From a virus, in IMG/VR virus record IMGVR_UViG_3300031673_000040, positions 1 to 61,464 of that record: a stretch of DNA of 61,464 bases; one strand, given 5' to 3'. Made by a program: the position numbers and the translations under genes. Below the pieces are notes generated by a model. The model was not told the origin of the DNA, did not search any database, and saw only the letters and a list, made by a program, of their open reading frames with translations. Below are positions 50,350-58,474 of the stretch, in pieces. Position 1 is the first letter of the stretch. Every line of letters begins with the position of its first letter.

Positions 50350-51039
50350 TTACTTTGCTTTTTCGGCTTTGGCTGGCTTCGCTGCGGGTGCTGCTTTTGC
50401 TTCTGCAGGCTTGGCTTTGTCCGCTTCAAGTTTGGCAACTGCCGCTTCTGCTGCTTTCTTGGCCTTAACGGCGTCTGCTTCTGCTTTCTTAGCTGCGGCT
50501 GCGGCTTCCTTCGCTTTTTCTGTGTCTGCGGCGAGCTTTTCGGCTTCACCAGTAGACAGGTGTCCGTACATACCATCGGCCAGGCGGGTCAGGTTCAGAA
50601 CGTCGCCGGGCTTGCAGTAGGTTGGGGAACGCAGGTCGCTGATTGCAGTAGTAACCGATACTTTGGTGCCTTCGGTCAGTTTGCAGATGTCGTCAACAGA
50701 GTGACGAGCACCCGGAACAGCGAACAGTTCACGGATCAGGGTTTTGACACCCTTCGTGCGGACTTTCGGTGCTGGCTTTTCCTTTGCTACTTTGACGGGC
50801 TTGCAGGCGATTTCATACGCACGAGCCAGTTGTTCATCGGCGGGCAGGGTTGCGACATCAGCGTTGGTTGCAGCGATAGCCAAACGTACATCTTCAGCCA
50901 GCGCAGCGAACTCATCAGCGTTTGTAACGACGACGCCACCGTGTTCCTTGACGAACTCAGCACCCTTTTCCGCCGAGGCGACGAACTGGGTAACACGTTT
51001 TGCGGTAGTGTCGATAACGAGCACTTTATTTTTTGCCAT
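50350..51039 (-). CDS. wHTH-like DLRSP-family protein (paralogue C) with a histone H1/AlgP-like Lys/Ala/Pro tail
   Basis: Start MAKNKVLV with SD aaggag. Domain LIRELF...SVDDICKLTEG..VSVTTAISDLRSPTY. Tail KAKPAEAKAAPAAKPAKAEKAK. An in-frame upstream ATG at 51270 is an alternative start. Confidence 0.7.
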   Translation of the reverse strand: MAKNKVLVIDTTAKRVTQFVASAEKGAEFVKEHGGVVVTNADEFAALAEDVRLAIAATNADVATLPADEQLARAYEIACKPVKVAKEKPAPKVRTKGVKTLIRELFAVPGARHSVDDICKLTEGTKVSVTTAISDLRSPTYCKPGDVLNLTRLADGMYGHLSTGEAEKLAADTEKAKEAAAAAKKAEADAVKAKKAAEAAVAKLEADKAKPAEAKAAPAAKPAKAEKAK

Positions 51040-51274
51040 GATACAGATCTCCTTTATGAGGTTAATTGCTATTGGGTCTCCACCATGTAGTTCTCCTGCT
51101 TTTGCAAACGAGTCGACAATGTGGTGGAGTTCACTGTCTTCTCTTATACACCGTTGCATTCTTGGAGGATCAAGAATAATTTGAATAGAGGGTTTACGTA
51201 CGATTGTGAAGCCACCTATCCTCAGGTAGTACTTCCTTCCTGAATCGTAAAACGCGTAAAATTCCATCATTTGT

Positions 51275-51303
51275 ATAGTACCCTAAATAGGTGTATCTGT
51301 CAA
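51275..51303 (-). promoter_or_regulatory. Strong sigma70 promoter TTGACA-17-TACTAT
   Basis: Minus-strand reading: ttgaca gatacacctatttaggg tactat acaaATG. The in-frame ATG at 51270 lies 4 nt after the -10. Confidence 0.6.
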
Positions 51304-51313
51304 CGGAAACATA

Positions 51314-52150
51314 TTACCGGGCGGTGTGGCAGCATCCTAGCAGGACTGGCTTGCCGCAGTGTGGGCAATACGTGCCTTTAAAGATGCTTATAACTGTTGA
51401 ATCGTGGCCGGTTGGCATGTCCATGCCGTAGAAGACGCGCTGCTCGATATTCGAGAAGTCATGCCCGTAGCGTTTCTTGAGAATACGCTGCCTGCGAGCA
51501 TAGTCCTCGCGCTGCCTTGCGTCGTAATCGACACCAAGCGAACCGAGCCTGCTTGTTATTCCGGAGACAGCTCTTCCATGCCGTTTGGCGATTTGACTGA
51601 GGCTCATGCGATACTCCCATGCGAGCAGAAGTTCCTTGTCCTCTTCCTTCGACCACAGGGCATTCTGACGCGGCCACTTGCCCATCCAGGTTGGGTACTC
51701 GACAGGTTTAAATTCACGACCGGGTTTAGGGCGGTTGCTCTCGTTTGGCTCTGCACTTGAGAAGCGCCCGGTGACGGTGCCTTCGGGTTGATGGGTGCGA
51801 CTGCGCACGAGCTCGATAACACCAAGCGAAACAATACCAGACGCGAGAACCTTAACAATTCTGCTTTTGTCGTATGTACCTAGTTGGAGCCCACGGACAT
51901 TTTCGATAGCTTCCACCTCAGTCATAAGGATAAACTGCGCTTGGCCTTTGCGAAATTTCTCAATGAGGCGGCGTGGAAATACGTGCTTCCACACCGCGCG
52001 GATTTTGTCAAGCTCGATGTAGTTCAAATACTTAAGATTGTACTCTACATCTGCCATATGCTCTTGCGTACAGCACACGATAATAATGCTGCACTTGTGC
52101 CATAACGGTGTACGACGTAAACTTGCGAGATGCTTAAATAGCTCTTCCAT
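51314..52150 (-). CDS. Hypothetical protein with a Myb/SANT-like HTH, a PolA-like TGRFSS motif and a C-terminal Cys/His cluster
   Basis: Start MEELFKHL with SD ggaggg. Contains GTVTGRFSSAEPNESNRPKPG, WSKEEDKELLLAW...SLSQIAKRHGRAVSGITSRL and YCPHCG..LGCCH. Confidence 0.6.
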   Translation of the reverse strand: MEELFKHLASLRRTPLWHKCSIIIVCCTQEHMADVEYNLKYLNYIELDKIRAVWKHVFPRRLIEKFRKGQAQFILMTEVEAIENVRGLQLGTYDKSRIVKVLASGIVSLGVIELVRSRTHQPEGTVTGRFSSAEPNESNRPKPGREFKPVEYPTWMGKWPRQNALWSKEEDKELLLAWEYRMSLSQIAKRHGRAVSGITSRLGSLGVDYDARQREDYARRQRILKKRYGHDFSNIEQRVFYGMDMPTGHDSTVISIFKGTYCPHCGKPVLLGCCHTAR

Positions 52151-52166
52151 ATTCCCTCCGGTTATA

Positions 52167-52385
52167 TTAGTGAGACGTTGTTGGTACATCAGACTCTTCT
52201 GCTGCGAATATTTTGCATTCATTCAAGAGCACATTCATGTCTGCTTGTTCGTCTATTATTGCCATTAAGACTGTTGCTACACCCGAGTAAAAGGCGCCTT
52301 TCAAAACAATTGCATCTTCCTGTGACGTACCTGGTACGATTACATTTGCTTGGAAGTCGTACCACCCTTTTGCGATCTGTGTCAT
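52167..52385 (-). CDS. Hypothetical protein (72 aa)
   Basis: SD aaaggaaag upstream. First ORF after promoter 52408-52437. Confidence 0.5.
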   Translation of the reverse strand: MTQIAKGWYDFQANVIVPGTSQEDAIVLKGAFYSGVATVLMAIIDEQADMNVLLNECKIFAAEESDVPTTSH

Positions 52386-52407
52386 GTGCTTTCCTTTTAA
52401 TAACTAC

Positions 52408-52437
52408 ACTATAGCGCATCTTCGCTATCTGTTACAA
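52408..52437 (-). promoter_or_regulatory. Promoter candidate TTGTAA-18-TATAGT
   Basis: Minus-strand reading: ttgtaa cagatagcgaagatgcgc tatagt. Adjacent to the aagatgcttg motif. Confidence 0.45.
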
Positions 52438-52445
52438 GCATCTTA

Positions 52446-52661
52446 TCACACGTAATGAATGCAGACTTCCTTTTCGGTTGTAAGAAGCCTGCAAGCTGTA
52501 AGACCGCTGTTCTTGTTTACCACATGGAGTTCGCGTAAGCACTCTTTTCGTCCTTCCTTCATGCAGGCGCGAAGGAATGTGAATGCTTTAAGCGTAGCGG
52601 CCTCTAAGGTGCGGTAGTATCCTTTGCGATGCGGAAACTGCACAGTGTAGTGGGCTCTCAT
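52446..52661 (-). CDS. Hypothetical protein (71 aa; start MRAHYTVQF)
   Basis: SD aggag upstream. ATGA overlap with the exonuclease stop. Confidence 0.5.
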   Translation of the reverse strand: MRAHYTVQFPHRKGYYRTLEAATLKAFTFLRACMKEGRKECLRELHVVNKNSGLTACRLLTTEKEVCIHYV

Positions 52662-53341
52662 TTTTGGCGGCTCCTGAATGCTTTCTCCAAGTAAGGGTCC
52701 TTGTCGTCTTGCCTGAGGTACCATTGCACGTAGTCACGAGGCACATCTGCAATAGGTGTCCCTTTCCACTTGCCGAAGGCCATGACGGTTGGGATGCGCG
52801 CGAGCTCCGATATGGTATAGAGCTCTTCCCATGTCTGCGCACCTGTTTTCTCGACTATCTTCATCAGGATAAGCGTGGTGTTCTTTATGTAGGCAAGTGC
52901 GGAGTGGGCGTTGACGAGTCTGTCGCGAGCTGTGTCACGGTACAAGTAGTACATCATCGCCGACAGAGTATGGCTGCCTACGTCTGGGTACAGATAACGG
53001 CACAGCGCGAGAGTGCAAATGCGCTTCGCTTGAGTGAGGGGAACAACAAGGTCCACGTCGAAATCAACTTTGTGGCCGATGACATATTCGCAGTCGGGAA
53101 ACTCAAAAGCGGAGCTTGGCTCGCAATCAAGTAGGTCCTCGTCCATGATATGGTGGACCCCCATTGCGCCGAACGTGATCGGCTTCGTGGGCTTGTAGCG
53201 TTGCTCGAAATCGCTGTCCGGATTTGGGCGTATGGCGTAATTAGGCAGCGGCCGGTCGGCGAGGACGAGATACGCTGCTTCAATAATCTCTGCGTCATCT
53301 ATGCCGGTTGTTTCTGTGTCGAAAACGATTGCTGGTATCAT
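52658..53341 (-). CDS. DEDDh 3'-5' exonuclease (ExoX/DnaQ-like) with a DUF3820-like C-terminal domain
   Basis: Start MIPAIVFDTETTG (Exo I) with SD gaaggag. GHKVDFD (Exo II-like). C-terminal MAFGKWKGTPIADVPRDYVQWYL. Confidence 0.8.
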   Translation of the reverse strand: MIPAIVFDTETTGIDDAEIIEAAYLVLADRPLPNYAIRPNPDSDFEQRYKPTKPITFGAMGVHHIMDEDLLDCEPSSAFEFPDCEYVIGHKVDFDVDLVVPLTQAKRICTLALCRYLYPDVGSHTLSAMMYYLYRDTARDRLVNAHSALAYIKNTTLILMKIVEKTGAQTWEELYTISELARIPTVMAFGKWKGTPIADVPRDYVQWYLRQDDKDPYLEKAFRSRQK

Positions 53342-53620
53342 TTGTTCTCCTTCAGAAAATACAATGGGTATCGTACTTTCCAAAGCCGCCTCTTGCGAAG
53401 CAACCTCAGGGTAGGAAATACGTTTTAGCTTTTCAAAGCTCCTACCTATGATAGCGGTCTCTCTCAACTCCCCGATACTACATGCTCGTTTGCATAGCGA
53501 ACATAGACCATTTAACCCTCGGGGCCAGCGGGGCACCTAGACCGTTCCCATTGAAGTCCGTCGACCTCGCCGGATTTGGCTTTTACTACTAGGCATTTGC
53601 TACCACTCCATAAGACACTA

Positions 53621-53640
53621 ACAAAGATTGAAAACAGACC
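53621..53640 (-). repeat. Isolated inverted copy of the iteron motif (GGTCTGTTTTCAATCTTTGT)
   Basis: Its reverse complement matches tctgttttcaatctt at 5524-5537 and 5589-5601. Confidence 0.7.
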
Positions 53641-53743
53641 TTTGTAATGCCCTACAGGGTGGTTCATCTTTTCAGCTCGAGGCTTAGTAGGATGCTACAA
53701 CACCTAGGGTTTTCGCTATGCGGGATACCCTAAACCCTCGCCC

Positions 53744-54730
53744 TTATGCCAACATCAGCATGGCGTTATCCCATGCTTTTGCCTTGATTGCTGCGGTTTC
53801 TCCAAACTGTGCTTTATCGAAGCGGCCGTCGATCGTCTTGTGCCCAGTGTGGTAGTCGAAGTACTCTGTTGTCGCATTTATCATGCCCCACAGAGTTTTC
53901 TCGGATCCAGGCAGTGTGGAACCCTTTCCATGCCCAGAGTACAGTGCGTGGACGAACTTCATAACGCGGGCGTCAGAAGCACTTTGGTCTTCCACGGATT
54001 CCTTGGGGTCACCAAACGTGTCGATAAGCCACGAGAGTTCTTCGGACTTTGTCAGCTTGCGGTTGGCGAGATGCCTTGCGTCTTCGATGAATACGTCCCA
54101 CGAGTTGCCCGCGAGGCCGAGTTCCTGCTTGACTTTACTCGCATCAAAGATGGTTGAGTGCGGGACGCTAAAGCGTGGGCGAGTGGATCCGTTTGCGTTC
54201 TGAATGGCGACGCGGAGTGTATTGTTGCAGACGACGCGGACGCTGGTGAATTGCGCGACTGTTGCCATGCTACCATCACACGCCGTAGACAGCAGTAAGT
54301 AGCCGTCAACTTTGTCGCCCTTGCCGACCTCATCACTCTTGCCCATTTCAGCCAAAGCCCAGAACTTCTTGCCACCAAACAGTACGCCAGCAGTCGACAT
54401 CTTGAAGCCGCCGGAGTCAATCAAGTCACGATAAAACTCAAGCACCGTTTCGGGCTGTACAACTTGATAGCGATCGCTGACAACAGCAAGTCCTGCGCCG
54501 GTGTCAGAACGGTACAGCACTTTCTTTTCTGGGAACGACATGATGTCGTCGTGGAAGCGATTACTGTACTCAACAACCGAATTTTCGATTGTCCAGTTCA
54601 TGCCAGCTTGTTCGCGCCAGAGTTCCAATGGTGCGTCGGGATCCATTGCGTGTCCGAGTGAGTGCCACGGTGTTTCGCCAACGAATGCCATGTTAGCGCG
54701 GTTGTTGCTCATATCTAATTCGTGTGCCAT
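53744..54730 (-). CDS. DUF932-family protein (phage/plasmid-like protein)
   Basis: A 328-aa ORF. The N-terminal MAFVGETPWH and the overall pattern are recalled from DUF932/TIGR03299 proteins. Confidence 0.65.
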   Translation of the reverse strand: MAHELDMSNNRANMAFVGETPWHSLGHAMDPDAPLELWREQAGMNWTIENSVVEYSNRFHDDIMSFPEKKVLYRSDTGAGLAVVSDRYQVVQPETVLEFYRDLIDSGGFKMSTAGVLFGGKKFWALAEMGKSDEVGKGDKVDGYLLLSTACDGSMATVAQFTSVRVVCNNTLRVAIQNANGSTRPRFSVPHSTIFDASKVKQELGLAGNSWDVFIEDARHLANRKLTKSEELSWLIDTFGDPKESVEDQSASDARVMKFVHALYSGHGKGSTLPGSEKTLWGMINATTEYFDYHTGHKTIDGRFDKAQFGETAAIKAKAWDNAMLMLA

Positions 54731-54809
54731 TTCATTTCTCCTTAGGTTGTCGGTTTACTGTGTCTCCTCAGTGTATGGAACCGGAAGCACCATCCCGGTC
54801 CCATACAGT

Positions 54810-55007
54810 TTAACAGGTTCTTGGAACAGGTGCGTGAAGCGGGAAAACGGGAAACATTGCGCCACGGATGCAGCGGTCGACAGGCTCCATGCCAACATAG
54901 TGCAGGGTTGACGGATACTCTGGGAATGCTGCTTGGGCTTTGCGACGTGTCGGAAAGTCATGTACGACGCCCTTACCATCTGTTACTTTGTGTGATACTA
55001 ATGACAT
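54810..55007 (-). CDS. Hypothetical protein (65 aa; start MSLVSHKV)
   Basis: SD aaggag lies 7 nt upstream. Confidence 0.45.
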   Translation of the reverse strand: MSLVSHKVTDGKGVVHDFPTRRKAQAAFPEYPSTLHYVGMEPVDRCIRGAMFPVFPLHAPVPRTC

Positions 55008-55089
55008 TTGGAACTCCTTTGGTTGTTTATCGTATGCTACAGTAACCATATTATACAAGATTGTGTATTCTTGCAAGCATCTTTTGTAA

Positions 55090-55518
55090 CTATTTGTTGC
55101 GTGGGTAGTACTGGGTTTCTGACAGCATTGCATCCTCGACAGCTTCTGCGGATAGGCGCGTTGCTTCTTTATAGTCATCGGTTGGCGGTGTGTCGAAGTA
55201 GAACAGAACCTGCTTTCCGTTAACATTAAGAGGGAGCGTAGCGCCCTCATTCGGGTTTTCGTTTATCAGCGTACCTACAATCTCGTAGCCTACGCCATTC
55301 GCTTTCTTAAACCCTCTGTTCTTGTAAGAGTAACCATCGTTACGTTGCGTTGCTTTGTGGAGTTCGCCACGAGCGCGTTGCACCGAAGCGTAGCCTTCGC
55401 CATTCGGCCCTCTATCACGGCGGGTTAAGGGCTTCTTCATAAGAGCACCAAAGCAAAGACAAAAGCCGTCAGGTATGCCAGCACCAGAAAGCACCAACTC
55501 GTTATCACAAATTTGCAT
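55090..55518 (-). CDS. Hypothetical protein (142 aa)
   Basis: SD gagg upstream. No motif recognised. Confidence 0.5.
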   Translation of the reverse strand: MQICDNELVLSGAGIPDGFCLCFGALMKKPLTRRDRGPNGEGYASVQRARGELHKATQRNDGYSYKNRGFKKANGVGYEIVGTLINENPNEGATLPLNVNGKQVLFYFDTPPTDDYKEATRLSAEAVEDAMLSETQYYPRNK

Positions 55519-55525
55519 TTAAGCC

Positions 55526-55702
55526 TCATCTGTTAGGGATTACTTTCGCGAAGAGATCGTCCACGCGCTTTACTAAATCCTGCACCACAAGGCGCTCTTC
55601 TTCTGTCCAGCGAGCGACAAGCACCACTTGGTGCAGTTCTTCACGAGCGGTCATTAAGTGCTTTGCGAGTAGCAGTTTATTCGCTTGGTAAGCTGTAATC
55701 AT
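55526..55702 (-). CDS. Hypothetical helical protein (58 aa)
   Basis: ATGA overlap with the thyX stop. Confidence 0.45.
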   Translation of the reverse strand: MITAYQANKLLLAKHLMTAREELHQVVLVARWTEEERLVVQDLVKRVDDLFAKVIPNR

Positions 55703-56409
55703 GTCTGTCTTTCCGCAACAAAGAGTTCCCAAGTTCGCGGGAAGTTCGTTTCGATAAGAGCACCAACAGCTTCGGCGTACTGGCGGATTTCCCATTGGGC
55801 GGCTGGATGTGCGCGAAGGGTTAAGAAAGCAAGCCAGTTCCGCAGGTTGGCATGTGCTCTCATTCGCGAGTAGCGAGCGACCGGTACTGGTAGGCGCGCA
55901 AGTTCTTTAGGGACGCCCATACGCAGGCCGTTCTCATATGCTATCTGGGCTGTGGAATAGGCGCTCTCCAAATAGCGTTGGAATGCTTCTGCTTTTCCGA
56001 CAGTCATCGGCTCACCACTTCCTTTAGCTTGTTTATTCGTCGTTGCTGTGTTCGCACCGAGCATAAGACGCTCCACTGTCGGGATATAGTTCTCATCCGG
56101 CAGTGGTATGTATCGCGCAGACATTTCATTGTAGCTCTGTGTCCGGTGACGGTGCCACTCGCGGAACACAAAGATCGGCGCTTTGACTTCGATAATCATG
56201 CCGGCCATCTCAAACGGAGTCATGTGCTTATTATTGTACAGGTAGGCGAGCAATTTCTCATCACCTGCTTTTTCGCTGTCGCCCCATCCAAGGAAACCCT
56301 TGTCGGTTGACATCCGGGCGGCTTCAATGATGCTTTCATCCTTGCCATACACCTCTACGAGTTGCACGTATCCTGTATCTAATACAGGTACTTTTTTGTA
56401 GTCAGACAT
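55699..56409 (-). CDS. thyX: FAD-dependent thymidylate synthase
   Basis: ThyX signature EWHRHRTQSYNEMSARY (RHRxxSxxxxSxR). Confidence 0.92.
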   Translation of the reverse strand: MSDYKKVPVLDTGYVQLVEVYGKDESIIEAARMSTDKGFLGWGDSEKAGDEKLLAYLYNNKHMTPFEMAGMIIEVKAPIFVFREWHRHRTQSYNEMSARYIPLPDENYIPTVERLMLGANTATTNKQAKGSGEPMTVGKAEAFQRYLESAYSTAQIAYENGLRMGVPKELARLPVPVARYSRMRAHANLRNWLAFLTLRAHPAAQWEIRQYAEAVGALIETNFPRTWELFVAERQT

Positions 56410-56596
56410 TTTATTCTCCGTTATTAAATAGGTCCGGCTTATCGCACCTACATGAGCCAGAACTCATGCAGGGGCCGGGTACGGTGGTTTCTTTTTCCTT
56501 TTACCGGCGGTGTTCTGCGGGCGGTGCTACTCTGAAAGGGAGAGGAAAACGCCACTGGTTCCGTTATTAACCCCACGGTGACCTAGGGTCTGAAAC

Positions 56597-56923
56597 TTAT
56601 TCGAGTGTTGCGAACTGTCTGTAAGCTGGTGCAATGTCGCGTAAGCTCGAAACACCGCCGATTTTATGGTCAAGGCTCCACAAGCGACGTGGTACACTTG
56701 GCATTACACTTCCGTCGGCGAGGCGACTGCGGATACGGCGGGAGCATTCCCGAGCGCCTTGGTGCGGCTTGTATCCAACTTTTTCGCGGTAGCGGGCTTT
56801 CTTCTTTGCGCGGCGGAGCGGTGTGTCCTTCACCTTCGTCGGCAGTACATCAAACATGTTTGTGGAAAGAGCCATCCCTACACCGAACAAGGACAGTATG
56901 TTACGTACTCTTGCATTGCGCAT
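56597..56923 (-). CDS. Hypothetical basic protein (108 aa)
   Basis: SD ggag lies 7 nt upstream. Lys/Arg-rich. Confidence 0.5.
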   Translation of the reverse strand: MRNARVRNILSLFGVGMALSTNMFDVLPTKVKDTPLRRAKKKARYREKVGYKPHQGARECSRRIRSRLADGSVMPSVPRRLWSLDHKIGGVSSLRDIAPAYRQFATLE

Positions 56924-57040
56924 TATATTCTCCAGTTATGTGATGTTTCAAGTGTCAAAATCTGATGCTATAGTGCCATTATACGCTGATTTTAGCGGGT
57001 CTTGCCAGTGCTTTGATGGTACAGTAGCCAGTGCAAAAAT

Positions 57041-57229
57041 CTACTGCGCAAAATGCTTTGAATAAATGCGACCCAACCATTTAACTTGGTTGTCGGACAT
57101 GAACGAAACTTGCTTACCGTCGTTAGAACGCTGCCACATGTCTTCAATGAAGTCTGTCTCAGCATCGTTAAGGTCGTTAGTACCTACCAGACCTGCTACT
57201 TGCTTTAGTGCATTATTCGTCGAAATCAT
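57041..57229 (-). CDS. Hypothetical protein (62 aa; start MISTNNALK)
   Basis: SD ggaggg upstream. ATGA overlap with the upstream gene. Confidence 0.5.
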   Translation of the reverse strand: MISTNNALKQVAGLVGTNDLNDAETDFIEDMWQRSNDGKQVSFMSDNQVKWLGRIYSKHFAQ

Positions 57230-57585
57230 TTGCAGTGCCCTCCGATTTCGAATGGATTGAGCAGGTATTGGCATATTACATGCGCAACCTTACTTCTCCA
57301 CCCAATTGTGTGTAGATAGCTGGTTAGTCGTTCTGTCAGCGTATAGCAGCCATTCGGCGGCCATTGCAGGAACAGGATCGTTCCTAAAATTGCATTGAGA
57401 TAGATAACGTCAGCAAACAGGAAGAGCAGACCGCCCGGCGTAGCCAGTATCTTAACCCACATTGCGAGCGCCTTGGTGTGCCATTGCAAGTAGAGCGCAG
57501 CACACCCAAGATAGAACCACCAGAAGATGTAGGTTATCAAGAGTACAGACCACCAAGTGATCGGGATGCTGAGGTGCAAGACCAT
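57226..57585 (-). CDS. Integral membrane protein (119 aa; three or four TMDs)
   Basis: Start MVLHLSIPITWW with SD aaggag. Trp/Leu-rich hydrophobic helices. Confidence 0.6.
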   Translation of the reverse strand: MVLHLSIPITWWSVLLITYIFWWFYLGCAALYLQWHTKALAMWVKILATPGGLLFLFADVIYLNAILGTILFLQWPPNGCYTLTERLTSYLHTIGWRSKVAHVICQYLLNPFEIGGHCK

Positions 57586-57586
57586 G

Positions 57587-58096
57587 TTATGCTCCTTTTT
57601 TGGTTGGGTTAAGAGCTGCAATGGCTGCTGTCTGCTCAGGACTGTACTGATATAAAGAAAACCCGCGATCTTTGACCAATACAGTTACGAAAGGTCCCTC
57701 CGCGCCACAGTACTTCGGAGAGCGCAGATCCGCCAAGCATGTGCGAATGTTGATTTCGCCTTTCTTTGTCAGTTCGCAGAGTTCTTCAACAGTGAAGCGC
57801 GGATACTTTACTTCATCTGCTTCTATTGAAGGCGTACCGAGCAAGCGACGCAGCATGGGTTTCGCGCCGGTTGACGTACCACCACGCAAGCGTCTGGGAT
57901 GGTTTGATGCCAGTCTGTCCAGCATGTCTACCTCAGGTGGGATAGCGGCGTACGTTGTTTGCTCACCTGCAAGGATTGCAGCACCTTGTTCGGCGAGTGG
58001 CGGCGTCATGTCTGCTTCCTTGTAGACTGCCATGAGTCCTTTGTCTACCTGCTTTGCTGGTTTTGTACCACGAAGTTTGTCTGCTGCTTTGCTCAT
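57587..58096 (-). CDS. wHTH-like DLRSPKY-family protein (paralogue B)
   Basis: C-terminal FTVEELCELTKKGEINIRTCLADLRSPKYCGAEGPFV...YQY. Confidence 0.7.
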   Translation of the reverse strand: MSKAADKLRGTKPAKQVDKGLMAVYKEADMTPPLAEQGAAILAGEQTTYAAIPPEVDMLDRLASNHPRRLRGGTSTGAKPMLRRLLGTPSIEADEVKYPRFTVEELCELTKKGEINIRTCLADLRSPKYCGAEGPFVTVLVKDRGFSLYQYSPEQTAAIAALNPTKKGA

Positions 58097-58365
58097 TTCA
58101 CTTTCCTTTCTTTATAGTTAAGACGATTTACATCTGCTTGTGCTTTACGAAACTTCTTCTTTGCGTCTAAGTAGCGTTCGTGCGCTTTCTCGAGACTTAA
58201 ACGTGCAACCTCACGGTTGGTACTTGCGACCTGCAATGCGTCCTCAGCAGCTACAAGAACGCGACGCAACCTACCTCCAGGTAAGCGGGTAATAAATAGG
58301 GCGCTCATTGTTTTGCTCTTTTTGCTGAGCTCTAGAAGACACTGCTGGTGCGGAAATAGGTTCAT
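58093..58365 (-). CDS. Hypothetical basic helical protein (90 aa; start MNLFPHQQ)
   Basis: SD aggag lies 6 nt upstream of the ATG at 58365. It overlaps ORF 58271-58474 by 95 nt, so one of the two may be spurious or shorter. Confidence 0.4.
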   Translation of the reverse strand: MNLFPHQQCLLELSKKSKTMSALFITRLPGGRLRRVLVAAEDALQVASTNREVARLSLEKAHERYLDAKKKFRKAQADVNRLNYKERKVK

Positions 58366-58474
58366 TGCTTTCTCCTGGATCACTTTCACATGCTGCGGAA
58401 ATTAGTTTTGCGATGTTGCGGAGGTAGTCGTCTGGTACAGGAGTGCCGTCAATGAATTTGGCTTCGAAGATCAT
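58271..58474 (-). CDS. Hypothetical protein (67 aa)
   Basis: ATGA overlap with the stop of the beta-barrel gene. Confidence 0.4.
   Translation of the reverse strand: MIFEAKFIDGTPVPDDYLRNIAKLISAACESDPGESNEPISAPAVSSRAQQKEQNNERPIYYPLTWR

Noticed and set aside
56410-56596. Known riboswitch (preQ1, THF, ZTP) upstream of thyX
   Set aside because: I could not find the conserved cores of these classes as I remember them. It is kept only as an unclassified structured leader.
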